IMG/VR virus record: IMGVR_UViG_3300025536_000010 | Location: 170,887 to 234,886 of that record | Reading direction: 5' to 3' (one strand) | Length of the DNA stretch: 64,000 bases | Shown here: one piece after another, positions 27,160-36,798 of the stretch | Position numbering within the stretch: position 1 is the stretch's first letter | Layout of the letters: each line of letters opens with the position of its first letter | Position numbers and translations under genes: made by a program | Notes under the pieces: generated by a model | Database searches by the model: none | What the model was told of the DNA's origin: nothing | The model's input: only the letters and a program-made list of their open reading frames with translations

Positions 27160-28878
27160 GTGGAGAAGACTAACGAAAAAACCAAAAAGCAAGTAATCGA
27201 ACGGCGAGCCACGCTTGACGAGGCCAAGACCGACGAGATGCTGGCTGTGCTGATCCGCAACCAAGAGGCGTTCGAGAACGTCCAGGACATTTTCCAGCAA
27301 AAGCACGCGCGGTATCTGGGCGACGACAAGAGCTTGCTTTGGAAGGCGGTCAAAAAGTACCACGCAGATCACGAGGCCATGCCTAACAAGGGCGCGCTCA
27401 TAGCGGATCTGCACCAGGCGATCCGGGACAACCCTAACAACCTCGACGAGGAGGGTCGGGCGAAACTAGACGAGTTCGTCGAGTACGCTTTCGACGACAA
27501 AGAGCACGGCAAGAACATTTCCAAGTCGGCGGTCCACTGTAGGGTGGCCATCGAGACGTGCAAGAAATACCTGGAGGAGTTCAACCTCGGCGAGTTGCGC
27601 GACATGCTCGTCAAGGATGGCACGGTGCCCATTGACGCCGTGGAGGTCATGGAGCAGAAGCGGGCCGAACTCGACCAGGCCCTGTCACTGACCGACGTCG
27701 ATGTCGGCGTGCCGTTCCCAGCGGGTTGGGACACCCGCGAGCGCGTGCAGCTGTTCAGCACGGGCTGTGAAACCCTGGATCACTTTTTGGGCGGCGGCTG
27801 GCGTGCGCCAGAGATCATCCTGTTCATGGGACCGTATGGCTCGTGCAAGACCACCCTGGTCTGCCACTCCGTTGGCAGGCTGATCGAGGAGTGCCAAAAG
27901 GCGCACGATAAGGCCCTCAAGCGCTGGCAGAAAAAAGGGTCGATCAAGGGCAAGGAGCCGAAGCGCCCGGTGGTCGTGCTGGTGTTTACCGAAGGCAGCA
28001 AGGACGACTACCGCATCCGTATCCTGTCACACATGGCCCGCGTACTGTGGAAGCGCCTGGCTACCATGCGGTCGCTCAAGGCCCTGTCCAAATCCAAGAA
28101 GCCGGGTGCGGTGGTGTCTGAGGGGGTGGAGATCGGCACCGAGTACGAGAAGGAATTGTACGCTGGTGTGAAAAAGGAAGGCTACAAATGCGAGCAGGTG
28201 CGGGTTGCCGAGGCCGTCGCCTTGGCTAACCAGTACCTGGTGCTGATCGACTGCACCGACAGTGAGGACACGCCACACAAAATCGGTCGCGGCGGCATTC
28301 CCGAGGTCGCACACGTCCTGCGGAACTATTTCCGCAAGAACAAGATGCTGCGACCCCGCGCGATCTGGATCGACCACCTTTCAGCCCTGGCTGATCGCAT
28401 GGCCGAAGCCAGTTCTACCGACGACGAGAAGCTCCACCTGATTCTCAAGCGCATGCCACGACAGGCGGCGGATAAGCTGTCCAAGCCGTTCAAGTGCCCG
28501 GTAGCGCTGCTGCATCAGTTGTCGGGCGAGGCTAACCAGCGCTCGGTGGCCTCGCGCTATCACCACTCGGATGGTGCCGGCTCGAAGCAGATCGGCGAGT
28601 ACGTCGATTTTGCCATTGTTACAGGCCCGCCCAACAAGCAGGGCCTGTGCCAGTGGGCGTGTACCAAACACCGACGCGAGCCGGCGACCAACGAACGTGT
28701 CGTGCAGATCCTTGGGCAGTTCAACACGCTCATGGACGTCACGACGTTGTACCACGTCGACCCCTCTAACGGGATCACTGCGCGGTCAGAGTTCGACGCG
28801 CACGAGGCCCACGCCAAAATGAGTAAGGGCGGCAAGGGTAAGGGGGACGACGACGACGGCATCGACCTTCAAATGTAA
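27160..28878 (+). CDS. dnaB: DnaB-like replicative helicase
   Basis: LDHFLGGGW, GPYGSCKTT, VFTE, IWIDHL, LLHQLS, KHR; directly upstream of primase. Confidence 0.85.
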   Translation: MEKTNEKTKKQVIERRATLDEAKTDEMLAVLIRNQEAFENVQDIFQQKHARYLGDDKSLLWKAVKKYHADHEAMPNKGALIADLHQAIRDNPNNLDEEGRAKLDEFVEYAFDDKEHGKNISKSAVHCRVAIETCKKYLEEFNLGELRDMLVKDGTVPIDAVEVMEQKRAELDQALSLTDVDVGVPFPAGWDTRERVQLFSTGCETLDHFLGGGWRAPEIILFMGPYGSCKTTLVCHSVGRLIEECQKAHDKALKRWQKKGSIKGKEPKRPVVVLVFTEGSKDDYRIRILSHMARVLWKRLATMRSLKALSKSKKPGAVVSEGVEIGTEYEKELYAGVKKEGYKCEQVRVAEAVALANQYLVLIDCTDSEDTPHKIGRGGIPEVAHVLRNYFRKNKMLRPRAIWIDHLSALADRMAEASSTDDEKLHLILKRMPRQAADKLSKPFKCPVALLHQLSGEANQRSVASRYHHSDGAGSKQIGEYVDFAIVTGPPNKQGLCQWACTKHRREPATNERVVQILGQFNTLMDVTTLYHVDPSNGITARSEFDAHEAHAKMSKGGKGKGDDDDGIDLQM

Positions 28879-28880
28879 CT

Positions 28881-29951
28881 ATGGCTAAGCCACTGAATAA
28901 GGCTCTGTACTGCCGCCTCAAGCGCCTGTTCGGTTCGGTCAAAATCTCGATGACCGGGCAGGCGCACAAGCACAGTCAGGGTCGAGGACACGAAGACGAG
29001 AAGACGCTCATCTTCGAGCAGGACGGGGAGTATTATCAGGTCTGCTGCCCGTACTGTAGCGACACGCGCCACCGACTCTACGTCAACCACATGTTCGGCA
29101 AGACCGATGCGTGGGGTCGGAGAATGAACTTCGTGGCTTACTGTTTCAACGAAGGCTGTCTTTACAAACCTGAGAACCGTGCTGACTTCGTTGACAACCT
29201 GGAAGACCTGGGGCAGTTTCTTAAAGAGGCTAGCGTGCGCCAGGGCGTCGTCCTGCCCGAAGAAGCTCGCGCGGTGCTGTGGCCTGGCCCGTGCAAGCTG
29301 CTGACGCGCCTGGAGGCAGATCACCCGGCCAGGGCTTACCTAGAAAGCCGCAACTTTGACCCGGACGAGATCACCAAGAAGTTCGAGGTTTGCTACTGCA
29401 CCGACAGTCACATGTTCCTGGCACGCAACCGTCTCGTCATACCAATCATCGAGAAGGGAGAACTGCGCGGTTGGCAGTGCCGCTACGTCGGGGAGTTGGC
29501 CTGGAAGGACAAAAACAAAAAGAAGGAGTTGCCGCCCAAATACTTCTCCTGCCCGAACTCGCAGTTCCGTTCGCGCTGCGTTTACAACTGGGAGCGCATG
29601 AAGCAGTGGCAGACGGGGGTGATTGTCGAAGGCCCCACTGACGTTTGGAGTTTTGGGAGCATGGCCGGGTGCATATTCGGCAACACCATGACCGAATGGC
29701 AGAAGAAGAAAGTGCTGTCCGTGTTTCGCAGCAGGACGCTCATCTTGTTGCTCGACCCGGATCAGTTCGAGGCGCGGCGGACCAAACAGCTGATCGCGTT
29801 CTTCGAGCGGCGCATGTCGGGCCGCTTTGCCGCTGTGAAGCTGCCCGAGGGCACCGACCCTGGTTCGTTAGGGCGCGACTTCCTCAAGGAGTACGTCCGC
29901 GAGGAGGCTGGGGCCAAGGGTGTGAAGGTCATCTACAAGAAGGTGGCGTGA
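28881..29951 (+). CDS. DNA primase (zinc finger plus TOPRIM)
   Basis: CPYC..CFNEGC, YLESR, RLVIP, PKY, IVEGPTD, LDPD, DPG. Confidence 0.9.
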   Translation: MAKPLNKALYCRLKRLFGSVKISMTGQAHKHSQGRGHEDEKTLIFEQDGEYYQVCCPYCSDTRHRLYVNHMFGKTDAWGRRMNFVAYCFNEGCLYKPENRADFVDNLEDLGQFLKEASVRQGVVLPEEARAVLWPGPCKLLTRLEADHPARAYLESRNFDPDEITKKFEVCYCTDSHMFLARNRLVIPIIEKGELRGWQCRYVGELAWKDKNKKKELPPKYFSCPNSQFRSRCVYNWERMKQWQTGVIVEGPTDVWSFGSMAGCIFGNTMTEWQKKKVLSVFRSRTLILLLDPDQFEARRTKQLIAFFERRMSGRFAAVKLPEGTDPGSLGRDFLKEYVREEAGAKGVKVIYKKVA

Positions 29952-29988
29952 CGGTTACTAACTGCGTGTGCTAAGGATCGGAGTAAGT

Positions 29989-32900
29989 ATGGACGGAGAG
30001 AAAAAGAAAGCCAAACTGCGCCGGCGCATCCGCATGCTGGAAAGAGAGGAGCGCAAAAAGCATAAGCGGCTGCTCAACGCGGTAGTCGGCAAGTCTGGCA
30101 TGTGGCCTTTGAACGCCCCGGGGATGCCTCCCCCGGGGCCTGATTTTCTCAGGGTCGCTCAGGGCCTGGGCGATCAGACGGAATACGCCAAGCAAACCAA
30201 GACGAGGGAGGGCGTCTATAAGCCTGGCGACAAACTGGAGGAACTGTACCGGCGGGCGCTGCGCGAGGTCGGCTTCTCCATCGACGTCAAAATCCGCGAG
30301 GGCACCTATGGTCCGGTGACGTTCGTGCCTGGACACATCTGGGGCCAGTATTCGGAAGAGTGGCAGCGGTCGATCCTGGAGCCTAACTACGAGCCCCCCA
30401 AGATCGACGGCCCCCACCCGGCCGAAGTGTTTGTCCTGGGTAAGATGCCCTGGCGCGAAGAGACAATCGAGGGCCGTAACCTGATCGGGGCTACCGGCGA
30501 AATCCTCATCGACCTGATCGCTAAGCTGCGCGTCCGCGGTGCGCAGAAATGGTACGTCAGCAATCTTGTGAAGTTCATGCCGCCCGACGACACCAGCGTC
30601 CTCAAAGCGGGCTGGATACACGATTGCATGCCGCTCCTGCATCAGGAACTGCGGATCGTGCGGCCCAAGTACATTCTCTGCCTGGGCGCGGACGCCTCGA
30701 AGTGGCTGCTCGGCGACAAGTTCAACGTCAGCTACATGGCGGGGCGCGTCGTCCCCTATACCTACCCTATCCATTTGACGTACGACCACGAGCCTGAACA
30801 CCACACGGCGCACGTCATGACGGTGTTGCACCCTGCGGAAGTCTCCCGCGAGCCCGCCAAGGCCCGCATCCTGGAGAGCAACTTCCGGCGCTTCGCGTAC
30901 CTGATCGAGGGCCACAACCTCGACATTGAGGAACAGGGACTGGACCACAGGGTCTGCAACACGCTCGAAGACGCCGAGGAGTGGGTGCAGGAGGTCAACG
31001 CCTACTTCGCCGACAAGCCGAAGCGCTTACGGCTCGTGGGGATCGACGCCGAATGGCAGGGGCAGCACCCGATCAACAAGGGTAGCTACGTCCGCACGAT
31101 CCAGATCGCGTGGGACGAGAAAAAGTCGATGTGCTTCGTGATCTCGCACCCGGGCGGCAAATGCGCGTTTCGGGACCGAGACGGCAAACCGGCGGTCAAG
31201 CGCCTGGTCAGGCTGCTCAACGAGTTCATGGAGGACAAGCGTGCTTGCGGCCACTTCTTTGTCTCTGACTTGGAGTGGCTGCATCATCTGGGGTTCGATC
31301 CAATCAAGCACTGTCCGGTGCCGCTCTACCCGAACAAGAAAGGCAAGCTGGCCTGGGAGCGGCTGCGGAACGGTGAAGGTTGGCTCGACAGCGCCTACAT
31401 GAACCACGCTGTCGAGGAGACGGCACCGCTGGGGTTGGAAATGCTGACGATGCGCTACACTAGCGCACCGCGGTACGACATTGCACTCGAAGATGCCGTG
31501 AAGGAGTATTGCAAGAAACAAGGCATCAAGCGCGAGGCTCTGGAGGGCTACGGCGATATACCGGACAAGGTGCTGGTGCCGTACGCCAACTACGATGCCG
31601 ACGTGACGCTGCGCATCGTCAAGAACTTGCTGGAACTTCTCGACTCGGACTACGAAGGCAACTGCGCCTGGGAGCCGTTCTGGGAGTCGATGATTATCCA
31701 AAAACCGATTTTGAGAATCCACAAGAACGGCATCTGTGTCGACCGTGGCCGCGTGGACGATCTCACCAAAAAGTTCGTCACGGCGCGTTACGCCCAGGAA
31801 GAGAAGATCCAGACCTGGGCGCGCTGGACGGAGACGGAAGAGTGCGCGGCGTTCAACGTCCGCTCGAACCAGCAGGTTCGTGAGTTCCTGTTCGGCGAGA
31901 AGTACAACGGCAAGCGGGACGAGCGCGGCAAGCCGATCCGCCTGCGCCCCGAGGGTGCGCGCTGTTTGAATCTGGAACCGTTGCTGGACACCAGCAAACC
32001 GCCTCGGCGGTGGAAAGACCTCAAGGAGCGTGGTCTGGACCGCGATGCCACGCCTGGCACTGGCAAGATGATCCTGGGCATCATGGCGCAGGAGAATCTG
32101 AACGTGGCGGACCAGATCAACATGGTCCGCGACTATCGGTTCCTGGATCAGGTTTTGAAGTCGATCCTGCGGCACCCCAAAGTGGACGAGGACGACCACT
32201 GGATCGAGAACGAGGACGGCTTTTTGGAGTACGAAGCAGGCTTGGCCGCTTGCATCGACAACGACGGTCGGGTGCGTACGCACATCTACCCGACAGCGGA
32301 AACGGGTCGGTGGAAACACTCCCGGCCGAACCTAGCTAACATCAGCAAGAGCCGCGACCCCGACTACGTCCGCATGCTGGGCGGCGAGAAGGTGAACGGC
32401 AAATGGGTCGGCGGGCTGTACACGCACAAGCTGCGCAGCGTCCTCAAAGCTGCCCCCGGGTACTGTCTTATCGAGTTCGACTACAAGGGCGCCGAACTAT
32501 ACGGTATGTCCTTGATGGCTGGCTCGAAGAAGATGATGGAGCACTGCGAGCGCGCTAACACCTACGAGGAGGAGGGCTACAGCCGGAAGGGCAAGAAAGC
32601 CAAACCGGATCACAAATGCAAGGACGGCAAAAAGGGCTGCGAGTTGTGCGGCTACCCGTCGCCGGAATACTACGACATCCACTCGAACGTCGCCAAGCTG
32701 GCGTTCCAGCTGGAGTGTCACCCGAGCAAGTTCGGCCTGGATCAGATCGGCAAATCGCACTTCCGCACGCTGGCGAAGAATGTGATCTTCGGCATCGCCT
32801 ACGGTCGTGGGGCCAAAGCCATCGCGCTCCAGGCCAAGGAGCAGGGCGTCAACGTCACCGTCGAGCAGGCCCAGATGGTCATCGACGCCATTTTCGAGAT

Positions 32901-33381
32901 GTACCCGGAGTTGGTCCCGTTCTTCGACGAGGCCAAGCAGCGAGCGCTCAACGAGAAGTGGTTATGCCACTGCTTCGGTCGCTACCGGCGCTTTCCCACG
33001 ACTTCGGACTACAAGATGGAGGGTGAGTTCGAGCGGCAGGCGATGAACTTCCCGATCCAGGGCATGATCGCGTCCGCTGTGGATCGCGGCCTGGCTTTCC
33101 TGGACGACAAGATTGACGAGCTTGGCCTCCAGGACGATATTCGTCTGTTGTTGCAGATGCACGACGCCGGCCTGGTGGAGTGCAAGTACGAATTGGTCCC
33201 GTACGCCAAGAAGCTCATCAACTGGGCGATGGTCGACATGGTCGAGATCTGGCCTACGGATCTGGCCGGAGAAATGCGCGGCGACGGTCCCTACCACCTG
33301 GGCCTGGACTTCGCCGTCGAGCAGCACTGGGGCGAGAAGATCCCCAAGGACAAGTACGCTGAACTAGGAATCCCGGTATGA
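29989..33381 (+). CDS. polA: Family A DNA polymerase with N-terminal uracil-DNA-glycosylase-like domain and 3'-5' exonuclease
   Basis: UDG-like block (LGKMP..G..G, SNLVKF.P, HPA); IDAE, YANYDAD exonuclease motifs; TGRW..SRPNLANI; DYKGAEL; RTLAKNVIFGIAYG; QMHD. Confidence 0.93.
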   Translation: MDGEKKKAKLRRRIRMLEREERKKHKRLLNAVVGKSGMWPLNAPGMPPPGPDFLRVAQGLGDQTEYAKQTKTREGVYKPGDKLEELYRRALREVGFSIDVKIREGTYGPVTFVPGHIWGQYSEEWQRSILEPNYEPPKIDGPHPAEVFVLGKMPWREETIEGRNLIGATGEILIDLIAKLRVRGAQKWYVSNLVKFMPPDDTSVLKAGWIHDCMPLLHQELRIVRPKYILCLGADASKWLLGDKFNVSYMAGRVVPYTYPIHLTYDHEPEHHTAHVMTVLHPAEVSREPAKARILESNFRRFAYLIEGHNLDIEEQGLDHRVCNTLEDAEEWVQEVNAYFADKPKRLRLVGIDAEWQGQHPINKGSYVRTIQIAWDEKKSMCFVISHPGGKCAFRDRDGKPAVKRLVRLLNEFMEDKRACGHFFVSDLEWLHHLGFDPIKHCPVPLYPNKKGKLAWERLRNGEGWLDSAYMNHAVEETAPLGLEMLTMRYTSAPRYDIALEDAVKEYCKKQGIKREALEGYGDIPDKVLVPYANYDADVTLRIVKNLLELLDSDYEGNCAWEPFWESMIIQKPILRIHKNGICVDRGRVDDLTKKFVTARYAQEEKIQTWARWTETEECAAFNVRSNQQVREFLFGEKYNGKRDERGKPIRLRPEGARCLNLEPLLDTSKPPRRWKDLKERGLDRDATPGTGKMILGIMAQENLNVADQINMVRDYRFLDQVLKSILRHPKVDEDDHWIENEDGFLEYEAGLAACIDNDGRVRTHIYPTAETGRWKHSRPNLANISKSRDPDYVRMLGGEKVNGKWVGGLYTHKLRSVLKAAPGYCLIEFDYKGAELYGMSLMAGSKKMMEHCERANTYEEEGYSRKGKKAKPDHKCKDGKKGCELCGYPSPEYYDIHSNVAKLAFQLECHPSKFGLDQIGKSHFRTLAKNVIFGIAYGRGAKAIALQAKEQGVNVTVEQAQMVIDAIFEMYPELVPFFDEAKQRALNEKWLCHCFGRYRRFPTTSDYKMEGEFERQAMNFPIQGMIASAVDRGLAFLDDKIDELGLQDDIRLLLQMHDAGLVECKYELVPYAKKLINWAMVDMVEIWPTDLAGEMRGDGPYHLGLDFAVEQHWGEKIPKDKYAELGIPV

Positions 33382-33842
33382 ACTCGCTATCGGAATCGCA
33401 GATATTTGTGCTGCGCAACCTGGCGCGCGGTCGCCCTGCTGGCGACCGCGTGGAGACGCGCTACGGAGGTTTGCACCGCACTCTGCAAACCCTGCTCGGG
33501 TACGGCTACGTTGAGATGATCGAACGACGGGTGCCGCTCAAGGGCAAGTCTGGGGCGTTTGACCGGGCGAAGGATTATGTCCTTACCGCTGCCGGCAAGG
33601 AGGTAGTAACTATCTGCGGTTTGGTGCCACGCCTGCTGCTGCCAAAACCGAAGGTGGCGGTTAAATACGGCACCTGCTCGAAGTGCGGTCGGCGTTTCGC
33701 TGTCTACCGCGCGCGGGTGTCTGGTGACTGGGCGATCCGCCGGCACGTCCGGGAGCGTGGCGGCGGCACCCTGTTCACCGAACCGTGTCGGGGTAGTGGG
33801 TTGGCGCCCAGCAGCCCGGTGAGCCCAGCACGGTATCCGTGA
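33378..33842 (+). CDS. Hypothetical protein (winged-helix-like plus zinc ribbon)
   Basis: L...GYVE...YVLTAAG; CSKCG...H...C. Confidence 0.55.
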   Translation: MNSLSESQIFVLRNLARGRPAGDRVETRYGGLHRTLQTLLGYGYVEMIERRVPLKGKSGAFDRAKDYVLTAAGKEVVTICGLVPRLLLPKPKVAVKYGTCSKCGRRFAVYRARVSGDWAIRRHVRERGGGTLFTEPCRGSGLAPSSPVSPARYP

Positions 33843-33851
33843 CTACCGACT

Positions 33852-33880
33852 TTGAAGCCGCGCGCGGGTCGCGGTAAAAT
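33852..33880 (+). promoter_or_regulatory. Sigma70-type promoter
   Basis: TTGAAG-17 bp-TAAAAT. Confidence 0.6.
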
Positions 33881-33909
33881 CGTGTCTCTGGAGTCGATCT
33901 TGGAGTATC

Positions 33910-34533
33910 ATGGAACCGAACTACACCACCACGGACATCGAAGCGCGAGCCGTAGCGGCCCGCGAGGCCCACCGTGACTACATCGCAGACCTGGAAACCA
34001 AGTACCACCAGCGCTGCGACTGGCGCAAGGAACGAAAAATCTTGCCCATCGGAGTTTGCGGTTACGGTCGGGCCGGCAAAGATACCGCTGCGGAGTACCT
34101 GTGCGCCCACACGGACATGCAGTACCCCATGTCAGCGTCTTGGGTGGTGTTGCCGATGATCGCCCACATGATCGGCATCCCGAAGGAAGAAGCGTGGAAG
34201 GTTAGGCATGACCACCGAGAGTTCTGGATCGCGGCGTGCCACGCCGTTCGCGGTCGGGACTACGGCTTCCTGGTACGCATGTGCCTGGGAGCCGGGGATA
34301 TTGCAGTCGGCATACGGGGCCGACTGGAACTGGATGAAGTTGCTCGAACCGGGGTGGTCGGTATGACGCTCTGGATCGACAACCCGCGAGTCAAACCGGA
34401 CATTACCGTGGAGTACGGCCCTGATGATTGTGACATCATGGTGCCCAATCACGGTAGCCGGCTTGACCTGTATGCCCGCTTGCATAAGTTACTGAGGCTT
34501 CTGCACAGCGGGGCGTTCACGAAGATCTATTAG
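33910..34533 (+). CDS. Deoxynucleoside monophosphate kinase-like P-loop protein
   Basis: IGVCGYGRAGKDTAAEYL, GIR...E, CDIMVPNHG. Confidence 0.75.
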   Translation: MEPNYTTTDIEARAVAAREAHRDYIADLETKYHQRCDWRKERKILPIGVCGYGRAGKDTAAEYLCAHTDMQYPMSASWVVLPMIAHMIGIPKEEAWKVRHDHREFWIAACHAVRGRDYGFLVRMCLGAGDIAVGIRGRLELDEVARTGVVGMTLWIDNPRVKPDITVEYGPDDCDIMVPNHGSRLDLYARLHKLLRLLHSGAFTKIY

Positions 34534-34553
34534 ATGAAGGAAGGACAAAACTC

Positions 34554-36725
34554 ATGGCAACGAAACGTTTGGCAGCACGCAAGCCCGCCGATTACGACAG
34601 CCGCGTCCACGGGCGCCGCGAGACGAACATTCCCCAGGACGACCACACCATCAACGAGGGCATCTGCCCCGTCAACCTGCTGCGCCCGCGGTACGATGAC
34701 GGCCCCATGTACTTCATCCCGTTCAAGCACCCCAGCTACGAAGACCCGGAGAACATGCTCCAGCCGGGCCGTACTGCCCCGGAACCGGGTGCTTACTCGC
34801 ACTGGCTGATCCGTATGGAGGTCGCGGCTTACATCGGCTTGCCGGACTGCACGAAGCACAGCTTCAACCTGCGCCACCCGGCCGACAAGGAGGCCAAGAA
34901 GGGCAACCCCTACCGCGAGTTGTACTTCGCCGCTGCCCAGGCGCACGATAACGGTCAGTTCGGGAACGGCAAGAAATGGGACAGCAGCTGGAACAAGTTC
35001 CTCAAGGGGAGCAAGAAGTCCGGCGGTGCAGCGCTGTCCCGTCCCACTGCCAAGTATTTCGTCCAGGGCGCCGTGTTCTGCAACGGCGACCGCGACTACA
35101 TGGAAGGCGACCGCGAGTTGCCGTTCGGTTTGGCCCAGGGTGACGACCTGACGGTCATTCAGATCCCGGTGTCCGCCGGCCAGGGTATCATCAAGCTGCT
35201 GGACATCGAGAAGGACCAGTACGAAGGCAACGGCGAAGACGATCCTTCGGCCCCGTTCAAGTGGGGTGATCCGACTGGTCGGTTCAAGAAGAAGGCGCGC
35301 ACCATCTCCGGCTGCAAGGTCTTCTGCATCTACAACCCGAAGAAGACCAAGATCAAGCAGGACACCTCGTTCAGCGGGGAGTTCAAGGAGATCCAGGGCT
35401 ACGAGGCCGCCATCAAGGAAGCCTACAAGGCCGGCGGGCAGGTGCTGTTCGACGGCAACTTGGAAACCAAGCAGGTCGATTTCATCTTCGAGCACGCGCA
35501 GTTCTGGTTCGACGACGAAGACAGCGGCACCAAGGGGCTGTTGCGCATCGCACCCGTGGAACAGCAGGCGCTGTGGGTCGCCCAGGCGTTCAAGTCGGCT
35601 CCGAAGCTGATTGCCTTCGCCTGGTCCGAGCAAGAGGGCCTCATGACCGACGAGGTCAAGGCCGTCTTGGCGGCGCGTGTCAGCGCTGTCGTCCCCGGCG
35701 AGGACGACGACGATGACGACGATGAGGACGATGAGACGCCGAAGCGCAAGGTGAAGAAAGACCCGAGCGCCAAGGCCGGCAAGAAGGCCAAGCCCGAGGC
35801 CGACGACGAAGATGATGATGAAGACGACGAGGAGGAAACCTCGAAGAAGGGCAAGAAGCCTGCCAAGGGCAAGAAGGCCAAGGACGAGGAAGACGAGGAA
35901 GACGAGTTCGAGGACGACGAAGACTCGGACGACGACTCGGACGACGACGAAGAGGAGGACGAGAAGCCGGCCAAGAAGGGTAAGAGCAAGAAGGCCAAGG
36001 ACGACGACGAGGACGACGACTCCGACGACGAAGAGGAGGACGACGACTCCGACGACGAAGACGACTCCGACGAGGACGACGACTCCGACGACGAAGAGGA
36101 GGACGACGACTCCGACGACGAAGAGGAGGACGACGACTCCGACGACGAAGACGACTCCGACGAAGAGGAGGACGAGAAGCCGGCCAAGAAGGGTAAGAGC
36201 AAGAAGCCCGCGGCCGAGGACGACGAAGAGGAGGAGGACGACGACTCCGACGACGAAGACGACGAAGAGGAGGAGGACGACGACTCCGAGGACGACGACT
36301 CCGACGACGAAGACGACGAAGAGGAGGAGGACGACGACGAAGACGACGAGAAGCCGGCCAAGAAGGGTAAGAAGCCTGCGGCCAAGGACGACGACGAAGA
36401 GGAGGACGACGAAGACGACGAAGAGGAGGACGAGGACGACGACAAGCCGACCAAGAAGGGCAGCAAGGACAAGAAGCCCGCTGCCAAGGTCGGGAAGAAG
36501 CCCGAAGCCAAGGCCGAGAAGCCGGCTGCCAAGAAGGGCAAGGGCAAGAAGGGCGACGAGGAGGACTACTTCGGCGATAGCGACGCCGGCAAGGCCGCTA
36601 GCAAGTCCGCGAAGGCCGCCAAGGCCGCCAAGGACAACTCGGCCAAGCGCGGGTCGGCACCGAAGAAGGAAGCTCCCAAGCCTCCGGCGAGCAAGGGCGG
36701 TAGCGCCAAGCGCAAGCAGAAGTAG
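34554..36725 (+). CDS. Probable ssDNA-binding/recombination mediator protein with a roughly 340-aa D/E/K low-complexity tail
   Basis: Position between polA and recA, strong codon bias, own terminator, acidic tail; the fold is not recognised directly. Confidence 0.55.
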   Translation: MATKRLAARKPADYDSRVHGRRETNIPQDDHTINEGICPVNLLRPRYDDGPMYFIPFKHPSYEDPENMLQPGRTAPEPGAYSHWLIRMEVAAYIGLPDCTKHSFNLRHPADKEAKKGNPYRELYFAAAQAHDNGQFGNGKKWDSSWNKFLKGSKKSGGAALSRPTAKYFVQGAVFCNGDRDYMEGDRELPFGLAQGDDLTVIQIPVSAGQGIIKLLDIEKDQYEGNGEDDPSAPFKWGDPTGRFKKKARTISGCKVFCIYNPKKTKIKQDTSFSGEFKEIQGYEAAIKEAYKAGGQVLFDGNLETKQVDFIFEHAQFWFDDEDSGTKGLLRIAPVEQQALWVAQAFKSAPKLIAFAWSEQEGLMTDEVKAVLAARVSAVVPGEDDDDDDDEDDETPKRKVKKDPSAKAGKKAKPEADDEDDDEDDEEETSKKGKKPAKGKKAKDEEDEEDEFEDDEDSDDDSDDDEEEDEKPAKKGKSKKAKDDDEDDDSDDEEEDDDSDDEDDSDEDDDSDDEEEDDDSDDEEEDDDSDDEDDSDEEEDEKPAKKGKSKKPAAEDDEEEEDDDSDDEDDEEEEDDDSEDDDSDDEDDEEEEDDDEDDEKPAKKGKKPAAKDDDEEEDDEDDEEEDEDDDKPTKKGSKDKKPAAKVGKKPEAKAEKPAAKKGKGKKGDEEDYFGDSDAGKAASKSAKAAKAAKDNSAKRGSAPKKEAPKPPASKGGSAKRKQK
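35700..36560 (+). repeat. Coding low-complexity tandem repeats (GAC/GAA/GAG runs; DDDSDDEEE and EKPAKKGK units)
   Basis: Repeated gacgacgactccgacgacgaagaggag and gagaagccggccaagaagggtaag. Confidence 0.9.
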
Positions 36726-36746
36726 TCGTTTTCTCGTTTAACGAAC

Positions 36747-36780
36747 AGGCGGACCCGTCCTTCGGGGCGGGTCCGCTTTT
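36747..36780 (+). terminator. Rho-independent terminator
   Basis: GGCGGACCCGTCC-TTCG-GGGCGGGTCCGCT followed by Ts. Confidence 0.85.
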
Positions 36781-36798
36781 CGTCTAGGAGGGTATCCG

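Noticed and set aside
35700-36560. Repeats as a possible CRISPR or TIGR-type array
   Set aside because: In-frame codon repeats with no unique spacers. No repeat-spacer array was seen anywhere in the window by eye.
35423-36741. Poly-Ser (minus, 35423-36547) and Thr/Arg-rich (plus, 35812-36741) ORFs
   Set aside because: Frame shadows of the D/E/K repeat in gene 34554-36725.
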